64,000 nucleotides of DNA from Eledone cirrhosa (lineage: Eukaryota): contig OZ024740.1 of the NCBI GenBank assembly GCA_964016885.1, positions 366,544,001 to 366,608,000 of the forward strand. Direction: 5' to 3'. The notes below the pieces were generated by a model that saw nothing but the letters and a program-made list of their open reading frames with translations, had not been told where the DNA came from and made no database searches. Made by a program: the position numbers and the translations under genes. Below, in pieces: positions 28,130 to 42,016 of the stretch; the first letter of the stretch is position 1; the number at the start of each line of letters is the position of its first letter.

Positions 28130-28749
28130 GAACCATAAATCCTGATGGAATCACAGGGGCAACATTGTAACATACAACGTGTCTTGGGTACTTTAAACCT
28201 GGTGGAGACCATGCATTCTCCATGTCTGAACACAGCCTCCTGAGGAATGAGAGTGATAGAGTGAAGGGAACTGAAAAAGAGAGATAGAGGAAGAATCGAT
28301 TCCAGTACTAGACTGGTAGTTTTTTTATCGACCTCGAAAGAATGAAGTTGACCTCGGTGGGTTTTAATACTGCAAATATTCTATGCGATGTTCTAACGAC
28401 TCTGCCAATTTACCGCCTTATTAGCTATATAAGTGGGCAAGATCTCTACTACTGCTAGCTTATGGCAATAAAGGAAAAGCCGTTCATATAATATTGCTGG
28501 ATATCCCACAAACCTGCATTGATTAGTTCACTTAATTGCAATGTCAGCAAACCTCTATTACAATTAGCTTATGTTCAGTTCAAAGTTCAAGCATAATCAC
28601 TGACACTGTGTGTGTGTGTGTGCGCGCGCCTATATCAGAAACCATTATATGTATATATATAGTTTTATCTGTAAACATAAACACACACACACTTATCTTC
28701 TCTTCTTCCTCATCCACTTATTCCTAGAATGTTCATGGATGCTATCAAA

Positions 28750-29355
28750 ACATCTTGCTCGGGGTCTTTCCAGGGGTTCTTTCCTGAGATGTTCTAACAT
28801 GTCCGTCATATCGGAGCTGTAATCTTTCAATTCGGAGAAATAACAGCTTTACTTGGAGCAACTCTCTGATCTCCTAGCTATTCACTCTATCAAGTAACGT
28901 TACCCGAAAGACCCTTTGGAAGAACCTCATTTCGGCCGCTAGTATTTGCGATCGTATTCTTTCGGTCATTACTCAATATTCATGACCATAGGTAAGTGCT
29001 GGCATGAATATCGAATAGAAGATTTTGCCCCTACCTCTCTTCTTCTGGTGACTGAATGCTAAGAGGTGACAGTACGCACCTTTGGCAGAGTCCAACACCC
29101 ACATTGAATGCTTTCGACCTATCACCATATATCTGAACATAAATACTTGGGCATTCATATACAGACATTAGGGCAACAAGAAGCTGTCCATCGATCCCAT
29201 ACTCCTGCAGAACTTTCAACAATATGTCCTGTGGAACGCAGTCATATGCCTTTTTCGACGTTTATGAAACAAGCATACACCTCTTAGCAACACTCCCACG
29301 ATTTCTCAAAGACCTCCCGCAGTGTGAATATTTGGTTGGTTGTGCAGCGCCCCTG
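28750..29355 (-). pseudogene. RTE-clade LINE reverse transcriptase fragment
   Basis: GRCTTNQIFTLREVFEKSWE, EKGI*LRS (KAYD region shifted), VLQEYGIDGQLL, FNVGVGLCQRCVLSPL, FYSIFMPALTYGHE spread over several frames. Confidence 0.8.
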
Positions 29356-31958
29356 TTGATGAATGTATTTGCAAATATAAAAAAAAGCATTTCGTATTTT
29401 ATATAGCTTCACATTTTTTCTCCCACCCCCTCTCTCTCTCTCACATACACGCATGCACACACACATTTATGTTTGGTCATTTATGTGTGAAGAAGAAAAA
29501 AAGTACTCGATACTAAATTTAATGTTATATACGAAGCATGCTCAATGTCTCTGTAGCAGACTTCCCAAGACGAACGCAAAATTTAACGTTGGCTCTTTGT
29601 TCCAACTTCCTGTTCCTGACAAAATGGCAGACTACAGTTTACACGTGATCACAAAACCACAAATTTCAAAACTTGTGAAGTGAACACAGCGATGTCACAC
29701 GACACACTGGCACATGAAGGTCACTGTTAGCTCTCACTGCGCTCGCAACCGTATGTTGCTATCTTTTGGCGCGCTTCAGAACTAATCCAGAAACTTTTTG
29801 ATACCACCTCGTATTATGTTTTATTGGAAGCTTGAATTTTACTAATTATTACCACTGAAGTCTTTTGGTTTCGCGCTTTGTATGATTAGAAAAATTGAAG
29901 CAAAAGAAAGGTCTTAAAAAATCATTTACTGGAGATATTTCGATACCTAAAGAAATTGGATTGAATAAGTTTGAAACATATTGGTTGAACTGTAGTGAAG
30001 TCGAGGGACAACACCACAATACCTTTTATTTTGCACATAAATATATTTTATTTGCATAAATGGCAAAATAATTAAATCTCACAATTATTCTATTTTTATT
30101 TATCCTACATAATGTTATCATAGAGAAAAACTAACATATATATTCTATCCAATACAAATTAGAGAGAAAGCAAGTTAAAGTGATGTATGAATATTTACAT
30201 GTGATATAAAGCTGTATTCAGAAACAAATTATGAATACCTTGTTAAAGCGTAATTCTTTATGTTAACGACACGTAAATCTTCTGTGTTTGAAAGAATATA
30301 TTTAACACAGGGAAATGCTTGCAAAACACTATTCCGACCGACCTGTAACCAGGAGATAGAATTGTATCTCTTCTCGCCGAATTGAGCCTAAACTCTTTTT
30401 TTTATAACTTACTCCAATACGTGAGCGTACAGTTATGAGAGAGAAAGAATTAAATTAAACCACCTATTTTAATGTATCCATAGGTACTCTATAGGCGACA
30501 AATTGGCAGATTCGTTAGAACCTCGGATAGAATACTTTGCAGTATTCGTTTCGGCTCTCTGAGTTCAAGTCCCACCGTGGTCAACTTTGCCTTTCATCCA
30601 TTCGTGGTCGATAAAAAGTACCTCTCTAGTACTTACTGGGGTCGATTCTTCCTATATATCTCTTTATCATTTCCATTCTGTTCTTCTCTGGAAGAAATCT
30701 GCCAGGTTGTAAAAATGCCCTAAACACGCCGTATGTCCATATGGTGCCCCTACGACTCCTTCAGGAGTTACGGTACCATAGGTACTCTACAGACCATATA
30801 ATCTCTTTGAGCAAAAGGAGAAATAATAATCTTTTCTAATTTTGGCAAAAGGCTATCAATTTGAAGAAAACGGGAAAGCTGATTAAATCGATATCAGCGC
30901 ATTTCTGGTACTTTATTTTATTGACTCCATAAGAATGAAAAGCAAAGCTAACCTCGGTGGGATTTAAACTCAGAACGTAAACTTTATGCCGCAGAGCATT
31001 TTGTCCGGCGCTCGCCCTCGTATATGGTGAAAATAATGAAAAATGATATAATCATGAGAGACAAGTGAGAATAAGATATATACAAATGTAAAAATGTAGT
31101 GTTGCAAAAAATAAAAAAGAGAAAAAGAAATAAAAGATGAATTTAAAAGTAAATTAGCGAACACAAACGCATCGCAATGCTTTTTATTTTCTATATAGAT
31201 ATATTTTGTTTGCACTTGAAGTGCACAAATGGCAAAATAATTTGAGCACAGAGTCAACTGTAATTTCCCCATTCACCAAATATATTTTAATTAATTAAAG
31301 AAAAAAATGTGATAAACATTATACAAATATAAAGGGCAATAAGGAAACGAAAAAAAAAAAGAGAAGAAAAAGGAAAAATAAAAGAAATTAAGCAACAAAA
31401 TAAGGGAAATGGGGAGGGAACCACAGACTGTACGCTCCAGTCTGAGTGGTATGCTGTTGTCACACCTCTCGAACAAAATGGCAAAGGCATTGCCGCGGAG
31501 AATGGCTAGCAACGTCCGCTACAACAGTCAATCCATCTCACGAGGCTTCTTCCTCGGGCGAACTGCTGTCTTTTCGATTTTACGGAGGAAATCAGTAGTT
31601 CGGGGACCGAAAACACCTGATGTCTCGACGGCGACCGATACGTAAATGAAACGGTCAGTCAAACCACGGTATTTAGTTATCTTCCTCTCCTCAGTATTGC
31701 GGGCGGCGGTGTTCGGGTTTGCGGCTGTAGTGACACGGCTGGAAGCGGAGAACGAGTTGCCGCACATAGCATCCGAGATTAGGGATTTACATCACTTGAA
31801 TGGGAAGAGGCTTGAATATATAAAAAATGAAAATACATTTATGCAAGATATCAAATCTATGCAAAAAAAAAAAAAATGTGGGTATATAAAACTAAATTCT
31901 TCAATGTAAGAAAGCAAGAATGATGTAAAAGACTGGCTGCGAACGAAACATTTAATTG

Positions 31959-31961
<3 letters not shown>

Positions 31962-32040
<79 letters not shown>

Positions 32041-32048
32041 GGAGAGAG

Positions 32049-32088
<40 letters not shown>
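31962..32088. repeat. (GA)n microsatellite
   Basis: Direct reading. Confidence 0.95.
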
Positions 32089-32091
<3 letters not shown>

Positions 32092-33560
32092 TTTGGTTTT
32101 AACCAGCTGGAAATAAATCATTACAAAGTATTTAGGTCGTGTCTACAAGAACTCAAAATTTCTGATCTTTCATTAGATACGTGCGAGTGTGGACATAAGT
32201 TGAAAAACTCATCACTTAGAAATAGTTTACAACATAGATTTGAATGGAAGAATCCTTGTATATATATAATGCGACTGGCTTTAAAATACTCCATGTCATA
32301 TTCAACACGGGGGACTTTATACTTTCAAAGACTAAATATACTTTGATAATCTTATTGGAAATCTTTTCTCTAGAAGCCTGAAAGAATGGATATGCTGGTC
32401 AAAGTGCATCTTAAATATCTTTTCAGTTAATCTTCTGTAATATTTGAAGATAATGGTACCACACAATAAACTAATGCCTTTGAAAGACAATTGTCATTGA
32501 CAGAGACAATCTCGTATTTGGAACGACATAGTTGTTTGAAATAATCATTCTCTCAACAAAAGAGAAGGTGATGTAATTATGAACTTTTAAAAATCTAAAT
32601 GATTAATTGAGCAAATCAAATTTTTACAGCAAGGATAGTTCATTTTAACCAAGATTCCGCTAAAGATCATATATCTATAATTCGCTAGAAATTAAAGTTA
32701 AGAATTCCTTGGCTATATTTGTTATTACAATTGCGTACTTCTTGGTCTATTATTATACTTTGGGACATTGTGGCCGGTAATATATTGAATTTTATGTGAA
32801 AAGCCATTATTGTAGAAAATCTCATTTTAATAATGAGGATCATTATTGAATATGGCTTATCAGGATAATGAAGAGATATATTTACTAATATTAGGAATTC
32901 CATAGAACATTGGGCGAATTCTTATTGATATAAAACGATATTTCATTGGATTTTCAGTCAGAACAGAATTTACTTATTTGTTTAAAGTAATAGCTTTAAA
33001 ATTATTTGTATTAAGATTAGTATCGACTGTAATTCTTAAGCTTTTTTCACGAAATAGTCGAATTTTATTTCTTAGTCTATCAAATTTATAACCATTCGTG
33101 CTGCACGAGACTAGGTGGCTGTCACCTTTATACCAACCACCACGTAAGGTAGAAATTCTGATAAGTCACACAATTCAGTTTCGTCATATGCCAAGCAAGT
33201 CGTCTCCTAGTTTCATTGTCTCCTAGTTTATTTGCCCATGACTCATATAAGATTCACCGATAGACACTAATGTGTTGGCGAAGAAGTTTATTTGTAGCGA
33301 GATCAAGCTCCATAACACCAAACTGAAACATTTTATTGTTGATACTAATACTATTAAACCATGTGAAAGCAGGCACACCTGAGTGGTTAAGAAAGTACAA
33401 TCCATTCTATAGTTTCCGTTTTCACTATTTCAATCACAAGGCTTGAGTCAACGCACAGCTAAGCTATGCTCAAGATGCATTGCAGTGTGATTGAACAGGT
33501 GACTTTATGATAGCGAAGTGAATATCTTAACCTCTCGACCATATAAACACATATATTTAA

Positions 33561-33790
33561 CCCTTTAGTTACCAACCCAGCCAAAACTGGCTCTGGTTCT
33601 ATGAAATAAAATCACCCATTTTAAAGGTTTCTAATTTAAATTAAAATATTCCAGCATAATTTTATATAAATTTTACATGAAGGTACTATCTTAGTAATGA
33701 AATGATTGATCATTTTAGTAAATCCCTCAAAATCTTTCATTAATTAATTGAAATAGAGTGTATTTCATTAGAAATGAAGTCATTAAAGGG
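33561..33790. mobile_element. piggyBac-type MITE
   Basis: TTAA|CCCTTTA...TAAAGGG|TTAA. Confidence 0.75.
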
Positions 33791-34749
33791 TTAAAGGAAT
33801 GGAATAAATCATCAGATCAGACGAAGGAAACTATATTTTAATTTGTTTCTCTGTTTCTGATACTATATACTGGTCGCAACTCCTAGCAGAAGTATCACCG
33901 CTTTTCCCCTTGACAGGAAATGAGATTTGAACCCAGAACGCACTAGAACCGGAACAGATACCGAAAAACATCCCATCCAACACTTTAACAATTCCACAAA
34001 GTCTCTGGGCTTGTACGTTTTTTATATCATGAAAGAGCGAAAGGATAAGTTGACATCGGTGGGATTTGAACATTTGAGTGCCGAGAGTCGAAATAAAAAC
34101 ATAGGCATGTAATCCAGCATTCTAACGTCTTTACCAATGTGTCACCTACTCTACTTGTCCGCCACATATTCATGCACACTAGATAAAATAAATAAGATTG
34201 AAAATTATCTCTTATGTCGGAAAATCCGTTAAATAGAATTACCAAATATTTCAAAAGACTATAAAATTAAAAGCATGAATAATAAATAGATGCTATAATT
34301 TGAAATAATCTTTTCTGTTGCGATTCTTAAAATTTACTGCATTGGTTCAACAACGATTTCTGTTGCAGTTATGCCATTATCATATCTCCAAGGATACTTT
34401 CATATACTATGGTCATTTTAAACATCACCAGGGATATTGTCGCAATAATAATAATAATGATAATAATAATTGTGACGATGAAGAAGAATTCAATGCTGCC
34501 GCTGATGATAATGATGATAAAAGGAAATAAGAGCAATAATTGTTTCTACTTTAGGCACAAGGCCAGCAATTACCCAGTGCATTACTGGTACTTTATTTTA
34601 TCGACCCCGTAAGGATGAAAGGCAAAGTCAACCTCGGCGGGATTTGAACTCAGATCGTAAAGGGACGTAACTATGCTGTAAAGCATGGCGCCCGACCCTC
34701 TACCGATACTGCCAATCCACCACCCTTAATAATAAGAGCAATAATAATA

Positions 34750-35890
34750 GAATAACATTCCTTACTTTTTGACATGTTGTTATCCCACTAACAAACCACT
34801 GAAAACCGCAATGGAACACAAATACTATGGAAAAAATATAAAGCATCTCCTTTATATGGATAATTTTTAAATCTTAAAAAAGATTAACACCGAATTAGAA
34901 AAACCTCCCAGAAATTGTTCATAGCTTCGGCAAAGACATAAGGATGAGACAAATGTGCCAAAGCGACTTTAAGAAAAGACAAATTAATTAACACTGAGAA
35001 TATTACACTAGACATAGACACTGAAATTACAGAAATAAATCAGGAATAGACGAAACAGCTAAAGTACGTCACAAAGGAATAAAAGAGAAAATTAGAAAAG
35101 AATACTACAGAAGAGTTAAACTAATATTAAAAACTGGACTCTATGCTAGAAATTAGATAGTAGATATAAATATACCAGTTTAAAATTACATCTTCAATAT
35201 AATAAGCTGGAAGCTAAGTGAGTTGAAAAAATTAAAGAAAAAAAACAGGAAACAATTGATTAATGTAGCAAAGTCATCTCCCAAAAGCAGACGTAGACAG
35301 AATATATCTTCCCACCACACAAGAAGTATGTAACCTGATACAAATAGAAAACTACTGTTAAAAATAACTATCAGACTGGAAAACAAAAGCAAATAGAGGA
35401 AGACTGATAAATATAATAAAGAAACATAACAAAATATTTTCTCTAAATATATAAGGGAACAATAAAATACAAAATAAAAACAAATTTCACCGGAACAATA
35501 AATTTAGATAAGAGCGCAACAAAATGGTTAAAGAGAGAAGAAAGAAAACAACATGAAGGTGGAATACAAAACACTAAAAACGAAATAAAGAGAAACATAA
35601 TTCCACATTCAATACCCCGCTAGGTTTAACAGAGAAGTAAGCCAAAGTAAAACATACAATGACTCAAAAGCTCAAGGACTGATTCTTGCTGTACAAGACA
35701 ATGTTTGCCCACAAAACATCTATATAAGGACAAAATAATGAAATATATCCTAACATCTAATAAAGAATGTGCAGCCAGTTCAATGAGACAGTTAACCATA
35801 ACATCTCCGGATGCCAAGTTTGAATATGTACATAGGCATTATTGAGTTGGAAGCTATATTCACTGGGTAATAACTCCAGCACTTCAGTGA
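34750..35890 (+). pseudogene. Old R4/Dong-type LINE fragment (RT C-terminal half to zinc-finger region)
   Basis: KHLLYMDN (YMDD-derived), DKCAKATLRK, EYYRRVKLILKT, PKADVDRIYLP, RH..VGSYIHW, with many disablements. Confidence 0.72.
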
Positions 35891-35897
35891 CAAGAAG

Positions 35898-35971
<74 letters not shown>
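35898..35971. repeat. (TAA)n microsatellite; further tracts at 41999-42015, 42886-42903, 43088-43136, 44024-44043, 45179-45196
   Basis: Direct reading. Confidence 0.95.
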
Positions 35972-35973
<2 letters not shown>

Positions 35974-36222
35974 TTTCTTTATTAACCACAAGGGTTTACA
36001 TAAAGTAGACATTAAGGACAGTGCAGGACAATACAGTACGGTACAAATGGGCATTTCTGCGTGTAAAAAACAAAAACAGAGAATGTAACAAAAAAATAAC
36101 AATGAAAAATTCCCCAATAGGGGGGAGACTTCGGAGGGACATTTGTGGAGAAAGCCCAGTAAAAGACCACATTGACCCTGACCACCAAGGCAAGTGCCCT
36201 CTCCCAGTTTTCCACCTTTAAT

Positions 36223-39200
36223 TTACAGATATATACTCAGAGTAGGCCCATTCACTCGGGCCATTCTTGCTTCTCTCACCCATCTTTCAACAAAATGCTG
36301 GGAAGAGAGCACTTCCCTCTCTACCCTGATTTTCCTTTTCAAATGAAATTTGAAAAAGTTAATCAGGGCATCACCGAAGAGGTAAGTGCTCGTCTTCAGC
36401 CCTTTCAAACGTGTCCACCATACTATCTCTTTCGCCATGGCCACCAGACAGATAAAAACTGCCTGCCCTTCCCAGCTAAAGGAGGAGGGCGGGGCAATCC
36501 TCACGATGGACTCAGATGATAGCCGGTGTTCGACATAAACAGCAGGTGTTCGACATAAACAGCAGGTGTTCGACATAAACCCACAAGTCAGCAATTTTTG
36601 GACACTGGACGAGTGCGTGCAGGACGGATTCGTCGCCCTTCGCGCATCTCGGACATACCCGGCTGACGGCACCTCCATGCCTGTAGAGTTTATCCCGAAC
36701 TGGCAAGGCTCCTCGGTAGCACTGCCAGGCCAGAGATTTCTGGAAGTTGTCCATAGGCCCTGGCCCGAAAGTTCTTCCGAAGAGATTGGCTAGTTGATTT
36801 TCGTCGACGCCTAGAGTTTCCCCAAGTACGTCGTCGCTCTTCCCCTCCACTAATCCTCTATAGAACGCCGAGGTGGAGTTTCCACCGATCACATTGCCCG
36901 ATTGGTTGAGGGCTGTGAGCGCCTGAAGACATTCCAGTCTCCAGGCGCTCCCTCTCGGTCTTCGCTTGACCCAGGACTGCAGCTCCGTCAAGGAAACGAG
37001 CTGGGGAAATACGTGTCTAGCAAACGGCGACCACACCTGATCACCGTCGAGGAAGAGGTGGAGATGTCGTAGCCTGAGCGCGTGCCTGCGCATCATCAGC
37101 CACGGCATGCCCAGCCCTCCACGTAGCGGGTGTTGACAACAGATGGACCACCTGACCATCGGAGCGCGTCCCTTCCACAAAAAGCGAAAGAGCAAACGCT
37201 CCAGCGCAGTCAGGCGAAGCTTAGGACAAGGTACGACGGTCAGGCGGTAGCAGATGACAGACGCGATGTACGCGTTAGCCACCTCCGCTCGACCTTTCAG
37301 GGATAGCTTCCTCTCCGCCCATTTCTGGGTGATAGAAGCCACCCTGCTCGTCACCTCGTCCCAGTTTTTGTCCGTCTGGAGGTCCGGACCGAAACAGACC
37401 CCTAGAAATTTAACCGGTCCGTCCGTCCAGCGTCCGACGACGCTGTTGGATGGCATGGATCTGCCTCTCCAGGTGCCGAGCTGCAGGCCCACTGACTTTT
37501 CCTGGTTGATCATTGCTCCTGTCACCGCTTCGTATTCTCTTAGTGTAGTGCCGATCGCCTCGATGTGTTTGGCGTTCGACACCACTACGGTGACATCGTC
37601 CGCATATGCTGACACGAATATTCCGCATCCTAGTTCTCGCGGGACATCCCTCAACGTCTCCAGTTTGTGCAGTAATGGCTCGAGAGTCAATACGTACAAG
37701 AGGGACGAGAGGGACATCCTTGGCGGACCGAACGCATGATGTTGAACGGTTCCGACAGGTGACCGTTCACTCTCACCACAGAGCAGATGTCGCTGTGCAT
37801 GGCAGCGATCCAGCCTCTGAAGACGGGCCCAAAGCCAGCCGCCCTCAGGACTGCCGCTAGGTAACGATGGTCGACCCTATCGAAAGCTTTCGACTGATCT
37901 AAATTGATCAAGGACCCACCCGTGCCAGGTTCCCTAGCTACCCTCTCTACGATGTATCGCATGAGGTGGAGGTTGTCGTGGATGGATCTGTCGGGAATGG
38001 CGCATGTCTGCGCCTCTCCCACCAGACCACCAACGACAAGCGCCAACCTCTTTGCTAGCACCTTGGCCAAAATCTTGAACTCTGTGTTTAGCAGAGTTAT
38101 GGGCCGGAAATTATCTATGTTATCCCCCTTGTTCGGATCCTTTCTCAGCAGTGCCACCGCTCCTCGGCTCACAGAACTGGGAATTCTCCCGTTCTGTTGC
38201 CAGTTGCAGTAGACGTCCGCCAAGAGGCCTGCGAACAAGTCTGGCATCTGTACGTAAAGTTCATAGGGCAGACCATCCAAACCAGGCGATTTACGCCTTG
38301 TGCAGCAAGTCATTGCCTCCCTTACTTCAGCGGCTGTTATCGGCTTTTCGCAACACTTCGCCTCAGTGGCCGAGAGCCGCGGCAGTCCGTCGAGGTAGAC
38401 ACTAAAGTCCATCCCTCGACCCGGCCCACCGCTGCCCCCGAACAGCTGAGCGAAGTGTCGCTGAAAAGCTTCACACATTTTCCCGGGATCGAGTAGCATA
38501 CGCCCGTCGTGGTCCACCAAAGACCGGATCGTGGCTTTGTTGCCACGACGCGCCTCCGCCACTCGGGCCCATTGAACGGCTTTCGTCCCCTCGTGTCTGA
38601 GAGCACGCACCCTTGCTCTGACAACGCAGCCTTCGTGCTTTGCATTGAAGAATTGGTCAAGGGCCAATTTCGCCGCAAGCACGTCGGTCGCAATGCCTTT
38701 GCTAAGCGCCTCGTCTAATTTTCTAACTAGTTCTCCCTCTGCTCCATTTTTCTCTATTGCTAAAGCCTTACTAAACCTAATGGATTCTATTCTAATCGCT
38801 CTTTTCAGAGCAAACCACCACTTGTTGTTGACGATGGCCCCCGTCAACGCCCGCTTAACTAGTTCGCTAATCCGGTCTCTGTAGGCCTTGCGCGCTGGTA
38901 AGGACGCGTTTAGCTTCCAGTAGCCGGGTCCTCGTCTATGAAGCCTATCTAAGTCAAGCACACAGATCACGAATTTGTGGTCCGTATAGCTGACTATCTT
39001 GAATTGTGGACAGCCTATGCTAGACCTATCTATTTCCCTACAAAATACTCTATCTAGATATGATCTGGATGACCCTATACGATTTGTCCAAGTCCACATT
39101 GGCACATTCGGGAAATCCAATCGGTACCTGTCAGACAGTTCAAAACGCCTGAGCAGGTTGGTGAGGCTCTTGCACCCTCCACCCCTATCCGCTAATCCCA

Positions 39201-39657
39201 CACAGTCCCAGCGTGCATCTAAGATCCCGTTCCAGTCGTCCACTAACACTAAAGAGCGGGACGTTCCAAGAAAGGTCTCTAGACGCCGGAAGAAATCAGG
39301 CCGCCCTGCTCCTGTCGGGGTATAGACGGCCACTAGCCCGAAAGCTTTCCCGTCTCCGCTGGTCACGTCCAGCACCACCAACTTACCCTCTGGGTCCAGG
39401 AAAATGGGCCGTATGGCGAGATCCAAACCTCTCCGAAAAAGCACAGCAACTCCTCCCCCCGATCCAGGACGGCTGGGAGATGCGTACACATCGTAGCCGC
39501 CGAAGATCGATGCGAAGGCCCGTGCTTCGGAGATTCCGGTCTCGCTGATGGCCACTACATCTATGTTTAGTGACCTGAGGTCGTTGAGCAGGTGACCCTG
39601 CTTCCATGACGACCCCAAGCCACGCGCATTTATGCTGCCTATTCTGAGTGAGGTCAT
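36223..39657 (-). pseudogene. LINE ORF2 (APE + RT + C-terminal CCHC), frameshifted near 37715 and 36525-36580
   Basis: SINARGL, ISET, DWN, SYLDRV, TDHK (APE); KSPGLDG, NFRPITLLN, LDQSKAFDRV, RQGCP, AYADD (RT); CPRC....ESVLHALVQC. Confidence 0.93.
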
Positions 39658-39692
39658 GTTTAAAATAGAGTGGAAAAGATGGGAAAGACCAC

Positions 39693-41783
39693 TTACCGTA
39701 CTTTTCGTAGAGGAGGGATGGTTTTTCCATCCCTTTTCACTTGATCGTCTGGTGAAGGGACCGTTGAATCGTCCCTTCGGCTGGTCGTCGGCTCTTCTAT
39801 GAGTATGTCCGAATATACTCTTCGGTTGAGTGTCCCTCCTAGGTCTCTGAAATCATCAACTGCGTTGGGGAATTTCGTTTTAATGTTTGTGTATTGTTTC
39901 TGTGCTATTTTTAGCAGTCTTATGTTAGTTGGCGTTTTGATTGGTGTTGGTATTATGTAGTCGTGTTGTGAAATGTCTGTGTGTTCAATTATGTAAGTCA
40001 TTAGTTTCTTGTTGTGTGTATTTATTGCCGTGCATTTGTTTTTCTCGGGGTGGGGTGTGGTTCTGCTATTTTCTTGTCGTTGTTGCTGGGTGTGTGTGTT
40101 TTGTTGTTGTGTTTGCGATGTTGGTGCTTGTGGTGGTGGTGTTGAAGGTGTTGTTGTCGCCGGTGGTGATGGTGGTGCTAGTGTGGGTGGTGATGGTGTT
40201 GGTGGTGTTGCTGCTGTGAGTCTCTTTGCAGTAGCCTTTACCCTTTTTTCATTTCTTTCCTCCCTTTTCAAAGGCGACGATGCGCTGCTTCTGCGTTTGT
40301 GCCTTCTCACGACCTTTTGCCATCCCTCTCCCACCTCACACTCCATGTCTGATTCTGTGAGGTCGGGGAGGGGTACCAGCTCCATTCTTTCACTTGTTGT
40401 TGTTGGTGATGTTTGCACTGGAGTCTCTGTTGCAGCTGCATTTGGTATTGCTGTTGTTGTTGTTAATACTTCCACTGCTGCTGCTGTTTTTGATTTCCGT
40501 GGCGTGGGTATGGGTGCCACGGACCTATCGTTCCTGGTTTCCGCTTGTCCTGTTGCTGGTAGCCGTGGAGCCGGTTTCGGAAGGAGGGGGTTTTCTCCTT
40601 TCTCAGGGTCTTCTCGTTGCAGAAGGCCCTGAGGTGAGTCTTCGATCCACAGCGAAAGCATTTCGGGCATTTGCCCTCAACACTTATGGGCAGTTGAGTG
40701 CCGTTATCGAAGTCTATCACATCCGGGATAGCTTCGATGCACTCCTGGTTGGTTTGGATTAACATCTCAATGGAGGTGCCGACTCAATTTTATCTTACTT
40801 TTTTCTGTACTTGCAGTACAGTTGTTTTGTCCTCGATTCCGACGAGGACAGACGCGGCCAGCCAAGAAGGGGCCATCCCGGGGAGGACGTGGGTCAGTTT
40901 GACCCTCACAATTTTTTGCCCGCAGTAGGAGGGCACCAACACCATTTCCTCGCTCCTTAGGGTCACTAAAGATTGAGCCTTTGCCTCTTGGGTGTGGCAA
41001 AAAGTACGTCTACGGTGGCATATTTCTTGCCTTGGGTGATGTGCGTTTTCCGCTGCCACACAGACCCCAAGGCTTTTTGTATTTGAGCCTCTGTGGCTCT
41101 TTCAACCCTACGGGATTTTGTACTTACTGTACGGTAAGTGACCGTACAGTGCTGTTGGGTTTCGAAAAATTTTTCCGCTGCCTTGCAGATTGCTCGGTGT
41201 CCAGTTTTTGTCACCATCTTCTTCGCTTCCTCTAATTCCTCATTTGTTATGAGGATGGTTTCCAGGTTCTTTGCGATACCTGCAAACGAGATTGGTTTTT
41301 CTTTGCTGCTGTTGTTGTTGTTGTTGTCGTCAGAGCTGCTGTTACTTTTGTTGTTGCTGCAGGTACTACGACTACTGCCGCCGCCGCTGTTGCTGTGGTT
41401 GTTGTTGTTGTTGCTGCTGCTAATGCTGTTGTTGTTTATGCTGCTGCTGATGCTGTTCCGGCTGCTACTGTTGTTTTCATTGTCACTGTTGCTGTTGTTA
41501 TTACGGCTGCTACTGCTATTATTCCTGACGTCAGACGAATGAAATGGGTTTTCGTATTTCCCGCACACCTGTTTCGTCGTTGTCGTTGTCGTCGTGGAGA
41601 AATCTTGCACGCTTTGCACGAGACTTTTCTTTTCTGTCGTCGCTTGCGAAAGAGAAGGGAGGGAGAGAGACACATTTAAAGAAGGGAGGGAGAGAGACAA
41701 TCTTCTTTCTGCTGTAGTGACGATTGAGGAAGAAGAAGACGGAATGAGTGGGAGTGACCTATGAAAATTCTTTTCGTAGCCAT
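39693..41783 (-). pseudogene. LINE ORF1 (gag-like), broken by frameshifts near 40990, 40770 and 40660
   Basis: Asn/Ser-rich N-terminus, KPISFAGIAK, CFRCGSKTHLRAFC zinc knuckle, Pro/Thr-rich C-terminus ending 35 nt before the ORF2 ATG. Confidence 0.75.
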
Positions 41784-42016
41784 GTTGTTTTTTTGTTTAA
41801 AATAAATATTGGGCACAAAACTCCAATAAGCAGTTATTTAACCCCGAAGGGCCAAATAACGGGCAGAAAGACCCCTCTCACGAGGAGGAGGGTGTTTTTG
41901 TCTACAAGTTGGTTAAAGTTTTAAACAATTTACAATTGTTATAGCGGTCAAAATTTACAATACCTTACAGAGCCGAGCCTCCGTCAACCATAGCATTCAA
42001 TAATAATAATAATAAC

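Larger units (their letters stand above)
35972..41998 (-). mobile_element. Near full-length (about 6.0 kb) Tx1/L1-clade LINE inserted in (TAA)n
   Basis: 5' UTR, ORF1 with CCHC knuckle, ORF2 with APE, RT and zinc finger, 3' UTR with AATAAA (plus tttatt about 35976); TAA repeats on both sides. Confidence 0.93.

Noticed and set aside
32150-33000. Possible very old PLE RT remnant
   Set aside because: Only vague motif similarity; cannot be supported without a profile search.
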